A DNA stretch of 64,000 nt from a virus. The DNA lies in the IMG/VR virus record IMGVR_UViG_3300021420_000022, positions 1 to 64,000 of that record; one strand, given 5' to 3'. Each line of letters opens with the position of its first letter. Position 1 is the stretch's first letter. The translations under genes and the position numbers were made by a program. Shown here piece by piece: positions 46,696 through 56,086 of the stretch. Below the pieces are notes generated by a model. The model searched no databases, had not been told where the DNA came from, and was given only the letters and a program-made list of their open reading frames with translations.

Positions 46696-48773
46696 TGGGT
46701 TAGCTCCGTGCAGGAACCGGGAATAATGGTGATCGTCCCTGTTCCCGTGGCCGCTGCCTGTAATTGCAGCGTCCCGGCATTCGCTCCGTTGATAAGCGTC
46801 AATGAAGTTCGTAAAGGCAAATTGGCGGCGATCGTTGGAGTTCCGGTTCCGGCTAAAGACGTAGCGAAGGCAGTTGCGACCGAATCGGTTGCGCTGGTAG
46901 TAGCTGTCAGGTCCGCTTTGAAGTCATAAGTCACCGCTGTCGGTGAGGCTGGGCCTGTCCACTCGATCTTTATGTCTGCCGTGGTCGCACTGGTTTGGTA
47001 ATCCAGATCGCAAGTAACCTTATAATTTGTCGTTGCGTTTACGGCAAAGGAAACGCCTGTCACAGGAGTGAATGAAGTCGTTGCGTTCGTATAGTTGCCG
47101 GTTACATAAACCGTTTGTGGAGGTAGGGCGGCTTGGTATGAAACGGTGTAATAGGTGTAATGTGCTCCATTTACACCAAGCGACCATGTTCCCGTTCCAG
47201 TGAACGACCCGGCGCTGACGTTAAGTTGCTCCTCCATCATGAGGGACGAGTTTGCCATGGCCGAAAAATTAGCTACCATCGTCCAGCCACTTCCAGCACC
47301 CCACACTCCACCACCAAGTTTTTCTCCCGCCCCCGAAAGAACCAGATTCCCGTAGGCGGCGGTGTATGCACCATTCGTCCACGTGTTCGTGTTCACAGCC
47401 CCGCTCGAACCGACCACGGCTGTATTGACCGGGGTAGCTGTAGGGGATACTCCGCGATATTCCGCTGCACACAAACCGACGATAGAACCATTCGAGCCTG
47501 TAAAATTAACGGTCACGGACGACACGCTTCCAGTGTTGGCTAAGCGCATTAACGCTGTGGTGTTGGCACTCCCATCAGTGACCGTTGCGTCCTGCGTCAT
47601 GGTTGCACCGCTCGCAGTCGCACTCGTAATAGTTATGGACAGGCCCGCAACTTGTAACACAAGGAAATCACCGCTCGCGGTAGTCCAACCAAGAGATTGG
47701 GTAACGACACCGCCTGAAACATTGAGATTGCCGAAGCAACCTTGATTCACGCGACTAATAGCGCCACCTATAGGCGACGGTACGGCTACGGTTCCACACG
47801 CAGTCGCCTGCGGATTGAGCAACTGAAATTCGGTGCCGTCGTAGAGAATGATCGCGATGGCGGTCGTGGTCAGGTCGTTAGCGACGAGCGCCGTCGTGCC
47901 GCATTTCGTGATGTTCTTCGTGCCTAGCCCACTAATCGCGATGTTCGTCGCCCCGGTATTCGCAACCCCTGGCGTGAAGTTGAACACAGCCCCAGTGATA
48001 TAAGCCGTGATCGCCGGGGAGACGGTCAGCGTTTGCGCGTTCGCGGTTCCTGCACTTGTCGGCAATCCGCCTTCGGAGCAGCCAAACTGCACCGGATTCT
48101 GCAAGACCCATTCGGTGCCGTCATACTGCGCCACAGCCCAAACAGTTGAGAGCAGATCGCCAGCAACCAGAGCGACCGTGCCGCATTTAGTGATCGCGGT
48201 TGCTGCGGTCGTCCCTGCCGCAAGCGTGGGAGCCGCCGCCGTATTTGCCGCTGTGGGCAGCCAAGTAACGTAAGTGCCAGTGGTCAGCGCGGTGATATTC
48301 GGTGTCGTGGTAACCGTCTGCGCCTGCGCCGTGCCCCCGCCAGTGCCGTAAGGGATACCGGAGCTTGGTCCGCCTCCAGTTGCGGAACTGACATAACCTC
48401 TCAGCTGAATATTGACGCCTCCTTGAACGAGCGCGGTGACATTCACTCTGATAAACTTTTTTGTGAAAGAGCCGGAAGCCGACCCGGTATTAAGGCACGA
48501 CTGAGGAGCAACAACATCGCCACTCCCCCACGACACATTGTCGTTAGAAGAGTCAACCTGAAAGGTGCAGGACGTGGCGGTCGGAGATTCCCATTGAACC
48601 CAGAAAAAAGAAATTCCGGTGTTCGTAAAATCACGGCCGGGACCTTGCGTTCCCGGCGAGGTAAATTGATACGAGTTGCTAATATCCTGAGCAGAAGTCG
48701 ACAAAGAAAAACTCGTCAACAGCAGAGCACACGCTAGAAAAACTCCAAGAATACATTTGTTTAAGATTCTCAT
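46692..48773 (-). CDS. Secreted multi-domain fibre-like protein
   Basis: Signal peptide; two GTANAQT...ITKCGT.ALV..DL...YDGTE fibre repeats; lectin-like domain. Confidence 0.7.
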   Translation of the reverse strand: MRILNKCILGVFLACALLLTSFSLSTSAQDISNSYQFTSPGTQGPGRDFTNTGISFFWVQWESPTATSCTFQVDSSNDNVSWGSGDVVAPQSCLNTGSASGSFTKKFIRVNVTALVQGGVNIQLRGYVSSATGGGPSSGIPYGTGGGTAQAQTVTTTPNITALTTGTYVTWLPTAANTAAAPTLAAGTTAATAITKCGTVALVAGDLLSTVWAVAQYDGTEWVLQNPVQFGCSEGGLPTSAGTANAQTLTVSPAITAYITGAVFNFTPGVANTGATNIAISGLGTKNITKCGTTALVANDLTTTAIAIILYDGTEFQLLNPQATACGTVAVPSPIGGAISRVNQGCFGNLNVSGGVVTQSLGWTTASGDFLVLQVAGLSITITSATASGATMTQDATVTDGSANTTALMRLANTGSVSSVTVNFTGSNGSIVGLCAAEYRGVSPTATPVNTAVVGSSGAVNTNTWTNGAYTAAYGNLVLSGAGEKLGGGVWGAGSGWTMVANFSAMANSSLMMEEQLNVSAGSFTGTGTWSLGVNGAHYTYYTVSYQAALPPQTVYVTGNYTNATTSFTPVTGVSFAVNATTNYKVTCDLDYQTSATTADIKIEWTGPASPTAVTYDFKADLTATTSATDSVATAFATSLAGTGTPTIAANLPLRTSLTLINGANAGTLQLQAAATGTGTITIIPGSCTELTQ

Positions 48774-49228
48774 TGATTTGCCTTAAAAAATTGAATGAGT
48801 GCCTGGACCTCGTTTTTGGCCTGCTCGGCCTTTTGTATTGTATTTCCCAAAACGGCTGCGGTGTCGTGAGCGCCTTTAATCGCTGCGCTCATTTCCGCTT
48901 CGACTTCTTGCAAAAAATCATAAGTGGATGTGACCGCGTCGCTCTTGCCGAAATCGAAGACCGCTGTTTTAGAAATCGAAATTCCTTCTTTCGAAGTCAC
49001 TACAATGTCGAGAACTGGATTGCTAGGCCAAGCGTAGAAAAGTTGAGTGAAAAAATCGGAATGAGGATTTAATTCGTTGGCCCCGTTGACCCAAATAAGA
49101 GGAACGACGTTTACGCCCGCACTCTTAATCTCGATACTCCACGGTTCCCGGCCAGATCGCGCCATCAATTCCCGAAGAACCACAAACAAGCGGCGCTCAA
49201 TTACGAGCTTAATTAAATTCGAGATCAT
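48770..49228 (-). CDS. Hypothetical protein
   Basis: SD AAGGA; ATGA coupling. Confidence 0.6.
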   Translation of the reverse strand: MISNLIKLVIERRLFVVLRELMARSGREPWSIEIKSAGVNVVPLIWVNGANELNPHSDFFTQLFYAWPSNPVLDIVVTSKEGISISKTAVFDFGKSDAVTSTYDFLQEVEAEMSAAIKGAHDTAAVLGNTIQKAEQAKNEVQALIQFFKANQ

Positions 49229-49669
49229 GAGATTCCTTCTTCGGAAAAGATGCTCCTCAAAAATTTTGGTCTAGCTCTGCCCTGCGGCGGCGGCTCATGG
49301 GGGACCCCCCGCCCCGTCATAATCTATTGAAAAGAATGCTTTTAAAGCCGCGCCTTATCTATAGCTTACATCGAGCGGCTTATTCTAAAGCACTTAAAAC
49401 TTTCCGATATGGCTGCCGACTTGCGTGGGGGCAGCGGGATATGCGAGGGCTGCGTCGACAAACGCAACAGCTGCAACGGTTTGCAGGAAAGATGCAGGCC
49501 GACCGTGCTGCGACCGTGCGGATCGACGACGGTAAACTCTTTGGATTCAGTCAGTACAACGAACAGGCTATTGATTGTACTCGCGATAAGTGCTTTGTTT
49601 GCCGGCATTTATGATTTTTCATATATTTCTATGAGAAATCATAGTGAAATCGTCACGGTCCGTCGCGGG

Positions 49670-49780
49670 CTAGACCTTTCGAAACTCACGATGACATTTG
49701 AGGCACAAATAATTGTCAGTGTAATACGGATTCAATTTGTGGCCGACGGGAAAGAACAAAAGCTTATGGTTGCATTTCAT
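49670..49780 (-). CDS. 36-aa zinc-ribbon peptide, absent from the ORF track
   Basis: ATGA coupling; CNH...CLKC. Confidence 0.45.
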   Translation of the reverse strand: MKCNHKLLFFPVGHKLNPYYTDNYLCLKCHREFRKV

Positions 49781-50046
49781 TTCGTTCCATTCTCCCACCA
49801 AATTGAACAATACGAATTGATCTCACCGGGAATTTTGTTGCTGCCTGCTGGTTTGTCTGGTCCTTCCCATGCAATGAAACTTTTGTTTCGACAAATCTTA
49901 TTGTCGCGGTCGATCAAGTATTTGCAATTCGCACACATTGATCCACCAATCGGAACGCGCTCACCATACCTATCGTGCGGTGGCATCTCAACGTTGTGAT
50001 CACGCGCCGATCTAATCTCTTCGAGCGTTTGAATCTTCACCATCAT
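49777..50046 (-). CDS. HiPIP-like four-cysteine protein
   Basis: CANC...C...YCSIWW pattern. Confidence 0.55.
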   Translation of the reverse strand: MMVKIQTLEEIRSARDHNVEMPPHDRYGERVPIGGSMCANCKYLIDRDNKICRNKSFIAWEGPDKPAGSNKIPGEINSYCSIWWENGTK

Positions 50047-50462
50047 CGTTCCAATTGATAAGCAATCGCCTCGGCTTTCTCTTCACTCGTGCAATTACAA
50101 ATCATGTGACCGGCCTCATGCGCCAACGTGTGGCGAACACGACGATCATCCGCGTACGTCAAATAAAATTCGTTGAGATACGTTTGGTTTTGCGGCATGA
50201 ATGTGAAAGCTGAGTCCGTGTCGAGATGGTATCGCCGCTTTGCAATTTCAAATTGCTCAACAGGAATGATGTGAACGCCCCACGTGTCAGGCATCGGTTC
50301 TTTCGTGAAGTTCAACTGATGTTCAAGTCGCTCAATGCGTGCGCGCTCCCAACTCGTTGAGCCATCAACAAACAATTGCGTTGGTGCAGCGGCTTGGCCA
50401 ATCACAATCAAGAAGGCTAGCACAGCCCATAGCAGCAACAAACCTATCACAAACTTTCTCAT
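50043..50462 (-). CDS. Exported or membrane-anchored HEXXH zincin-like peptidase
   Basis: Signal/TM N-terminus; TLAHEAGH...EE.A. Confidence 0.7.
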   Translation of the reverse strand: MRKFVIGLLLLWAVLAFLIVIGQAAAPTQLFVDGSTSWERARIERLEHQLNFTKEPMPDTWGVHIIPVEQFEIAKRRYHLDTDSAFTFMPQNQTYLNEFYLTYADDRRVRHTLAHEAGHMICNCTSEEKAEAIAYQLER

Positions 50463-50465
50463 TGC

Positions 50466-50795
50466 TTACGCAATCGCAAGATTGAATCGATAGGTCGCGC
50501 TATTGACCGCTTGCAACTGATAAAAATTAACAATCAGTTGCAACTGATTCAAAATTCGCTCAGCCATCAACTGATTACCAGCCATAGTGCCGGTCATCAC
50601 AGCTTGGATATCCGCTAGCAAACGCGTCGGATTATCCAACACATCAAGCATGCCATACGTGGTCGCACTCTGCGTTCCGTGCGTAAAGCTCGCGTTTGAA
50701 ATCGTGCTACCAGCCGGATTCGTCAACCACGTCACTGTAATAGTGATCGCGGCATCGCCGCTGATTGTAAAAGAGGCCGGTGCGTTAAGTGACAT
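50466..50795 (-). CDS. Hypothetical protein
   Basis: SD GAGGAG. Confidence 0.6.
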   Translation of the reverse strand: MSLNAPASFTISGDAAITITVTWLTNPAGSTISNASFTHGTQSATTYGMLDVLDNPTRLLADIQAVMTGTMAGNQLMAERILNQLQLIVNFYQLQAVNSATYRFNLAIA

Positions 50796-50818
50796 TGGAA
50801 AATCTCCTCAAAATTTAT

Positions 50819-50986
50819 TCAGGCCCAGAATGCGCGACGCCGAAGTTCATCTTCGAGCACCGCTTTAAACATGCGCACGTGACGCCGATATGTGAGATAG
50901 CGCTCGATGCGGCATGACACAAACACTAGCGCTGAAAATAACCCCAGCGCTAGCGCGGCACCAATTAAACCCGGAATGAAGACCAT
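50819..50986 (-). CDS. Small membrane protein (55 aa), absent from the ORF track
   Basis: SD GAGG; TM helix then basic tail. Confidence 0.5.
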   Translation of the reverse strand: MVFIPGLIGAALALGLFSALVFVSCRIERYLTYRRHVRMFKAVLEDELRRRAFWA

Positions 50987-51001
50987 CGACTGGCCTCAAT
51001 T

Positions 51002-51271
51002 TCAGAAATCGTCAGACTTGTCCGTGTGCATCGCTTCAGAAGGACCCACAGGACCTTCGTGCGCGCTGTGAGTCTGCCTTGCCCCAGACCTCCGATTCAG
51101 CACATCCGCGTCCATCGGATTCAAATCTGTGTACGTCGCCCAGCCACGCGTGATATCAGAATCAGCCGACAACTCTTCCGTTGGTGAACCATTCACCAAA
51201 AGATCGGATTGCGGCGCGCCCGGAAAATCCCGAACGCCCTGATCGTGCGACTTATGTGTAGTCTTCGACAT
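51002..51271 (-). CDS. Hypothetical protein
   Basis: SD AGGAG. Confidence 0.6.
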   Translation of the reverse strand: MSKTTHKSHDQGVRDFPGAPQSDLLVNGSPTEELSADSDITRGWATYTDLNPMDADVLNRRSGARQTHSAHEGPVGPSEAMHTDKSDDF

Positions 51272-51309
51272 TGTGTTTCTCCTAAAAACATTTTCCGAAA
51301 GAAACGAAA

Positions 51310-51573
51310 TTATTCGTCATCTTCCGGAGTCACTACTTTCAAAATCGATCCGCTGTGTTCTGGCAATGTGGCCGGAACACTGGCAACATGATATTCAACG
51401 GGCCAGCTCGAAACAAAATCCTCGTGATCGCTAAATTCTTCCTCGATATCCAGCACCGCGTCAACGCCGTCGCCAAATTCTTCTTTCAAATCGTGAATCA
51501 CTGCGAGCGCTTCGTCCGAAATTTTGTAATCCGTTTCGACACGGACGGTCCATTCATAAACGAATTGCGCCAT
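51310..51573 (-). CDS. Acidic hypothetical protein
   Basis: SD AGGAG before MAQFVY; very D/E-rich. Confidence 0.6.
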   Translation of the reverse strand: MAQFVYEWTVRVETDYKISDEALAVIHDLKEEFGDGVDAVLDIEEEFSDHEDFVSSWPVEYHVASVPATLPEHSGSILKVVTPEDDE

Positions 51574-51744
51574 TTGACTCTCCTGAAATTCAGAACTGCC
51601 TGCGGATTTTAAATTGTGGCTACTCGGTCTACCCGTGGGGCTTCGAGACACCGGCCACAGCGATGTTGTGATCCTTCCGCTTGCGCGCCGGATCGCTCTT
51701 GTTATGCCGAGATATCACGGAAGAGTACACTACTCCTTCACTCC

Positions 51745-51776
51745 TCCTAATAGATGCCGGAGTTACAACGCGAATT
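51745..51776 (-). promoter_or_regulatory. 32-bp element AATTCGCGTTGTAACTCCGGCATCTATTAGGA (copy 1), putative late promoter
   Basis: Exact reverse complement of 59662-59693; sits at the head of the late operon. Confidence 0.6.
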
Positions 51777-51779
51777 CCA

Positions 51780-52330
51780 AAAATCATAACCGTGTAAAAA
51801 TGGGAGGTGTCTATATTATATAAGTATATAGTTGGTTACATACACTATATCGGCGCGCTGATTCTAAAGGACTTACCTCGGTATGCCGCCACAATGTCAG
51901 CCTCGACAGAGAATTTCGGAATTGAGGCCATTACACCTAACCTTTTTCTTTAATATTTTAATAGAACCTTAGTCTTTCATGAAGAGAGTATTTCTCTGCT
52001 GAACCCGACATTGTGGCACCATACTTTTATGCCGCCGCAAATGTCTCAGTCATGCCGCCGCAAATGTCCTCACAGTTACTCCTATGTCACTACGAAGTAC
52101 TATTCTCAGCCTTGACGTTCGCGCTTCGCTCCGCCAGTCAAACCGCACTTTCTACGCCCGCCCACCATCTTACACTGTTACACTCTAATGCTGTATACTA
52201 TATAAGGTGTCGACCGCCGCCGTCGCCCGTTCGGGATAGAAGTTACCCAACCTATGAGATTTCATATAATGTCCGAATTTTGAGGTCTTTCGGACTTTGC
52301 CTACAAATTCGAACATATATGTCAATTCCT
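51780..52330. other. Non-coding divergence region, candidate replication origin or genome terminus
   Basis: ATGCCGCC(G)CAA(A)TGTC repeats at 51883, 52029 and 52052, an inverted copy at 52007, and AT-rich tracts. Confidence 0.5.
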
Positions 52331-52331
52331 G

Positions 52332-52360
52332 TTGACAAGCCGGTCGAATTCTGCTAATCT
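52332..52360 (+). promoter_or_regulatory. Early sigma70-type promoter
   Basis: TTGACA-17-TAATCT with extended TG; followed by GGAGGCAACCATG. Confidence 0.75.
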
Positions 52361-52377
52361 CAGGTCCGGAGGCAACC

Positions 52378-52653
52378 ATGTCCTATAAAATCGAAGTTTC
52401 CCCGGTGTCCGCCGATCTCACGCTCCGCGATCTACCAGACGGCGCGCTAGCTATCGTGCTGGACGGCGAATTCAAGGGCGAGCTCTTCTATAAGAACGTC
52501 GCAGGCCTGCACAGCATCTCTGGCAACCGTTACTGGCCGTCAGCGTACGCTGAACGGTCCCAGGGCGGCCTGAACCACTACCAAGGGCCGCTAGACGCCC
52601 GTTGCCGCCAAGTTGTGGCCGGTGACGTTCTGGCGGTGCTGGGTAACGCCTGA
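52378..52653 (+). CDS. Early hypothetical protein
   Basis: Promoter plus strong SD. Confidence 0.7.
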   Translation: MSYKIEVSPVSADLTLRDLPDGALAIVLDGEFKGELFYKNVAGLHSISGNRYWPSAYAERSQGGLNHYQGPLDARCRQVVAGDVLAVLGNA

Positions 52654-52688
52654 AAGACTCGGGCTGTCAAGTTTTGTATCGAAATTAC

Positions 52689-52718
52689 TTGACAGCCCTA
52701 ACCGTTTTCAGGTAGCAT
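52689..52718 (+). promoter_or_regulatory. Early sigma70-type promoter inside a 12-bp inverted repeat
   Basis: TTGACA-18-TAGCAT; GGGCTGTCAAGT (52661)...ACTTGACAGCCC. Confidence 0.7.
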
Positions 52719-52724
52719 CTAGAT

Positions 52725-53117
52725 ATGGAGGCAACAATGACACCCGAACAGATCGAAAAGCAGGCCATCAACACCGAAGATCGCATCAAGGAAATTCTCC
52801 ACAACTGGCATGAGGCTGGCCGGGCCGAATTCGAGCACGACTATCCCGGTCTGGCAGCGTCCCCGAATCTCAATTACGACTCCGCCCAGCAAGCCAAGCA
52901 CTATCACATTGGCGCAAAGTACATCCGGCTGGATGTCGGCGGCTCCGGCGCTTTCATGCTCGATTCACACACCGGCCTGATCTACGGAATTAAGGCCTAC
53001 GGCGTCCCAGACAAGAAGAAGATCGCTGGCGATGTCTCAGACCCCAACTTCACCGGCGCGTCGCTCCACCCTCTGCGCTTTCGTCGCGGAGCGTTCAATT
53101 TTGCAGGGAGGAACTAA
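52725..53117 (+). CDS. Early hypothetical protein (GxKYIRL...TGxIY family); SD-supported start at 52737
   Basis: Motif recurrent among phage early genes. Confidence 0.7.
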   Translation: MEATMTPEQIEKQAINTEDRIKEILHNWHEAGRAEFEHDYPGLAASPNLNYDSAQQAKHYHIGAKYIRLDVGGSGAFMLDSHTGLIYGIKAYGVPDKKKIAGDVSDPNFTGASLHPLRFRRGAFNFAGRN

Positions 53118-53719
53118 TGAGCAAAGCCAACAAGGCCGTTGCAGCGGGCTCCTGCCAAGCCTGCGGTCGCGTTCAGAAACTCCCGAACGATCTGCTGGCA
53201 TTGCACGGCTACTCAGTGCAATGGAATACCTTCGTCGGCCAGTGCCCCGGCTCGAAGCACCTATCATACGAACAATCGTGCACTCTGATCAAGCGATTCA
53301 TTGCCAGCGCGAGGGAGAGCCGCGCAGCTATTCAGGCGCGCATCGATGAACTCAACCAACCGGCCACGCAGCCGAAAGCATGGGTTAGCGAATACATACC
53401 AGCGACCTGGCAGAATCGTCACAGTCGCTATCAGGACCGCGAAGTCTCCCTGTTCTCACATCGCGAGCAATACGTCAATAGCGACGACACCTATCTCAAC
53501 ATCTGGTATCTAAATCTCGAAGGCAAACAGGAGCGAATGAGCACGCGTGGAATATATTCCAGCACAGTTCTCGACGCGGCCACTGAACTGAACAAAAAGT
53601 TTGCCGAACAGCAGCTCGCGCCACGTGTCAAGCAACTCGATGAGTACATCCGCTGGCAACAGAAGCGTGTAATCGACTGGAAACTAAGGCCCTTACGGGA
53701 CCTGAAAGAAGTGAGATAG
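53117..53719 (+). CDS. Early hypothetical protein with Cys/His zinc motif
   Basis: GSCQACGR...HGY...CPGS; TAATG coupling. Confidence 0.7.
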   Translation: MSKANKAVAAGSCQACGRVQKLPNDLLALHGYSVQWNTFVGQCPGSKHLSYEQSCTLIKRFIASARESRAAIQARIDELNQPATQPKAWVSEYIPATWQNRHSRYQDREVSLFSHREQYVNSDDTYLNIWYLNLEGKQERMSTRGIYSSTVLDAATELNKKFAEQQLAPRVKQLDEYIRWQQKRVIDWKLRPLRDLKEVR

Positions 53720-53722
53720 GGC

Positions 53723-53753
53723 TTGACAGCTCGGCCTGGTTTCAAGGTATCAT
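53723..53753 (+). promoter_or_regulatory. Early promoter (long spacer)
   Basis: TTGACA-19-TATCAT; same downstream cassette. Confidence 0.6.
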
Positions 53754-53759
53754 CTAGGC

Positions 53760-55187
53760 ATGGAGGACACGATGCCAATCTATAAAGTTCCCGAAGAGAA
53801 TTTGCCGAAACTCACTGCACAGATCGAGAAGTTGCAAAAGCGCGCCGCGAAGCTGAATGTCGGCGAGATCACTTTCACGTTGCTAGACTACAAAGAAGTC
53901 GAATATATGAAGAACGGCTTTCCGCGAATTCGCCGAATTCATGATGTCGAGATCGATGGCGCAGCACCGAAGATTGCTGGCTGGACTTTCGCCGCCACGA
54001 TTCAACCGATGGTCGACGAGGACGGCAATGTCCTCGGCAACATCCTCCGCGTTGTTCCGGGCACCGAATTCACGATTCCCGCGAAGTACCGCGACGCCGT
54101 AAACAACTGCGACCACTGCCACACTGATCGACGCCGCAACGACACTTTCGTGCTGCGTTATGAGTCACGAGACTCTCAGGACCGCTGGCAGTGGAAGCAG
54201 GTAGGCCGGAACTGCCTGCGCGACTTCCTCGGCCACCAGTCGCCGGAAGCGTACGCCACAATGGCGCAAATTCTGATCGACGCGGCGACGCTGGGCGAGC
54301 TGGCCGGAGACGATGGTTATGACGGAGCGGGCAGCGGTCACCGCATCGAACGCTTCGCGGCGGAGGAGTTTTTGACCATAGCTGCCGCGATGATTCGCAC
54401 GTACGGGTTTCGCAGCAACAAGACGGCTCGTGAATTCGGCGGTCAGTCCACCTCTGGTTCTATCGACGAATTCGTGAACTGCGGTCCTGAGGCACGCAAG
54501 AAGAACTTCAAAGCGTACACCGTCACGGATGCCGACAAGCAGCAGGCCGCTGATGTTTACGCGTGGCTGCAAGGCCTCCAGAACGATGCGCGCATCGAGT
54601 CGAACGATTACCTCTACAACCTGTCATTGTTGGGGCGCGGTGCAACGTTCACCACACGCAACTTTGGTCTCGCCACCTCGGCTATCGCAACGTGGGCGAA
54701 AGAGCAAGAGCGCGAGATCAACCGCCGCAAGCGCTTCGAGGACGATGCAAAATCTCAGTATGTCGGAACGATAGGCGAGCGCATCGTGTTCACCGCGACC
54801 GTGGTCTACACCAACAAATATGAATCGGATTTTGGTATCTCTCACTTCTGCAAATTCAAGACGGACGACGGCAACATCCTCGCCTACTTCGCGTCTAACG
54901 ACATGGGCTGGGCGACAGAGCGGAAGGTTACACTCAAGGGCACCGTCAAGAAGCAAGAAGAGCGCAAGGGCGTCAAGACGACCACAGTGACCCGATGCTC
55001 GCTGTTCGTTCCGAAAGACGCGGAGAAAGCAATCAAGAAGTTACAGCACGCGATCTCGAAAGGTATCTGGTATGGCGACGGGCCTCACCGCGATGACTAC
55101 GATGAGTGTCGCGAAGCCGAGAAATTAATTCTGAAGTTGATCGACGAACTAACTCAAAGCGGTCAGCCCCAACTGGAGGTGAAATGA
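53760..55187 (+). CDS. Early protein with zinc finger and C-terminal OB-fold-like domain; SD-supported start at 53772
   Basis: CDHC...RRR..TF...QVG.NCL.DF and YVG..GER motifs. Confidence 0.75.
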   Translation: MEDTMPIYKVPEENLPKLTAQIEKLQKRAAKLNVGEITFTLLDYKEVEYMKNGFPRIRRIHDVEIDGAAPKIAGWTFAATIQPMVDEDGNVLGNILRVVPGTEFTIPAKYRDAVNNCDHCHTDRRRNDTFVLRYESRDSQDRWQWKQVGRNCLRDFLGHQSPEAYATMAQILIDAATLGELAGDDGYDGAGSGHRIERFAAEEFLTIAAAMIRTYGFRSNKTAREFGGQSTSGSIDEFVNCGPEARKKNFKAYTVTDADKQQAADVYAWLQGLQNDARIESNDYLYNLSLLGRGATFTTRNFGLATSAIATWAKEQEREINRRKRFEDDAKSQYVGTIGERIVFTATVVYTNKYESDFGISHFCKFKTDDGNILAYFASNDMGWATERKVTLKGTVKKQEERKGVKTTTVTRCSLFVPKDAEKAIKKLQHAISKGIWYGDGPHRDDYDECREAEKLILKLIDELTQSGQPQLEVK

Positions 55188-55390
55188 GAATTCATCCGAG
55201 CATCACGATTGACCAAGTTGTAGAAGCTGTTGAAAGGCGGATGACCAGTTTGGACAATCCCGGCTTCTGCATTGTTTGCGGCGCGGAGGCCGACGGCTGC
55301 GAGCCTGACGCCCGAAAGTACGAATGCGAATCTTGCGGCAAACGCGGCGTCTATGGTGCTGAAGAACTACTTCTAATAATGGCGGCATAA
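55184..55390 (+). CDS. Zinc-ribbon early protein
   Basis: GFCIVCG...EPDARKYECESCG...VYG. Confidence 0.75.
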   Translation: MRIHPSITIDQVVEAVERRMTSLDNPGFCIVCGAEADGCEPDARKYECESCGKRGVYGAEELLLIMAA

Positions 55391-55400
55391 TGGGGGCAAA

Positions 55401-55982
55401 ATGAGAACACTTCTGATCGCTCTATTTCTCTCGACACTAGGTGGCGGTCTTGTAATCTCACAGGCCGCCTATGAGCCCGGCCCACGCTCAACCACGAGGC
55501 TAGCGCGAGCACAAACACCCGACACTATCAAGTCGGGGATTCGGTCCGAACGTATCGAAAAGTTTCTCAAGCAGCAGGCTCGCGTTGCACGCATGCTTTA
55601 CCTGTCACATGGCTGCAGCGACGCTTACGCGGACCTGACCGCACGCACGGCCTACGAATACGGACTACCAGTTCGACTGGTCGCTAGCGTGGTGATTGTC
55701 GAATCGACCTGCCGCCCACGGGTCGTATCGAGCGAGGGCGCGGTGGGGCTGATGCAGGTCAGCCTGATCTGGCATATTGGCCGCCATCAGCTGGAGGACC
55801 CAGCGTTCAATCTGAGGAAAGGATCGGAGATTTTGGCGCGGTACACTCGGCAGTATGGCCTACGTGAAGGTCTGCATCACTACAATGGCATGGGAATGGG
55901 GTGTCCGGCCTGTGACGCGGGATATACAGACAAGGTGCTGCTAGTCGCTGGCCTTGCGCCCTACAGTGCAGGCACGCGTTAG
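55401..55982 (+). CDS. Lytic transglycosylase (SLT domain) with signal/anchor sequence
   Basis: VES catalytic motif, GAVGLMQV, YNG. Confidence 0.88.
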   Translation: MRTLLIALFLSTLGGGLVISQAAYEPGPRSTTRLARAQTPDTIKSGIRSERIEKFLKQQARVARMLYLSHGCSDAYADLTARTAYEYGLPVRLVASVVIVESTCRPRVVSSEGAVGLMQVSLIWHIGRHQLEDPAFNLRKGSEILARYTRQYGLREGLHHYNGMGMGCPACDAGYTDKVLLVAGLAPYSAGTR

Positions 55983-56051
55983 CGCCTATGGAACGGTGTA
56001 CCCGAATAGGGTACGCTAGTCCCCGAAAAGGGTACGGCCTAAAAATAGGTG

Positions 56052-56080
56052 TTGACACGGTTTCGGCATTCTGGTAGCAT
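56052..56080 (+). promoter_or_regulatory. Early sigma70-type promoter
   Basis: TTGACA-17-TAGCAT with extended TG. Confidence 0.75.
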
Positions 56081-56086
56081 TTAGAC

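Noticed and set aside
49297-49999. Plus-strand ORFs 49297-49614 and 49409-49999
   Set aside because: No SD, atypical composition, and the longer one overlaps better-supported minus-strand genes
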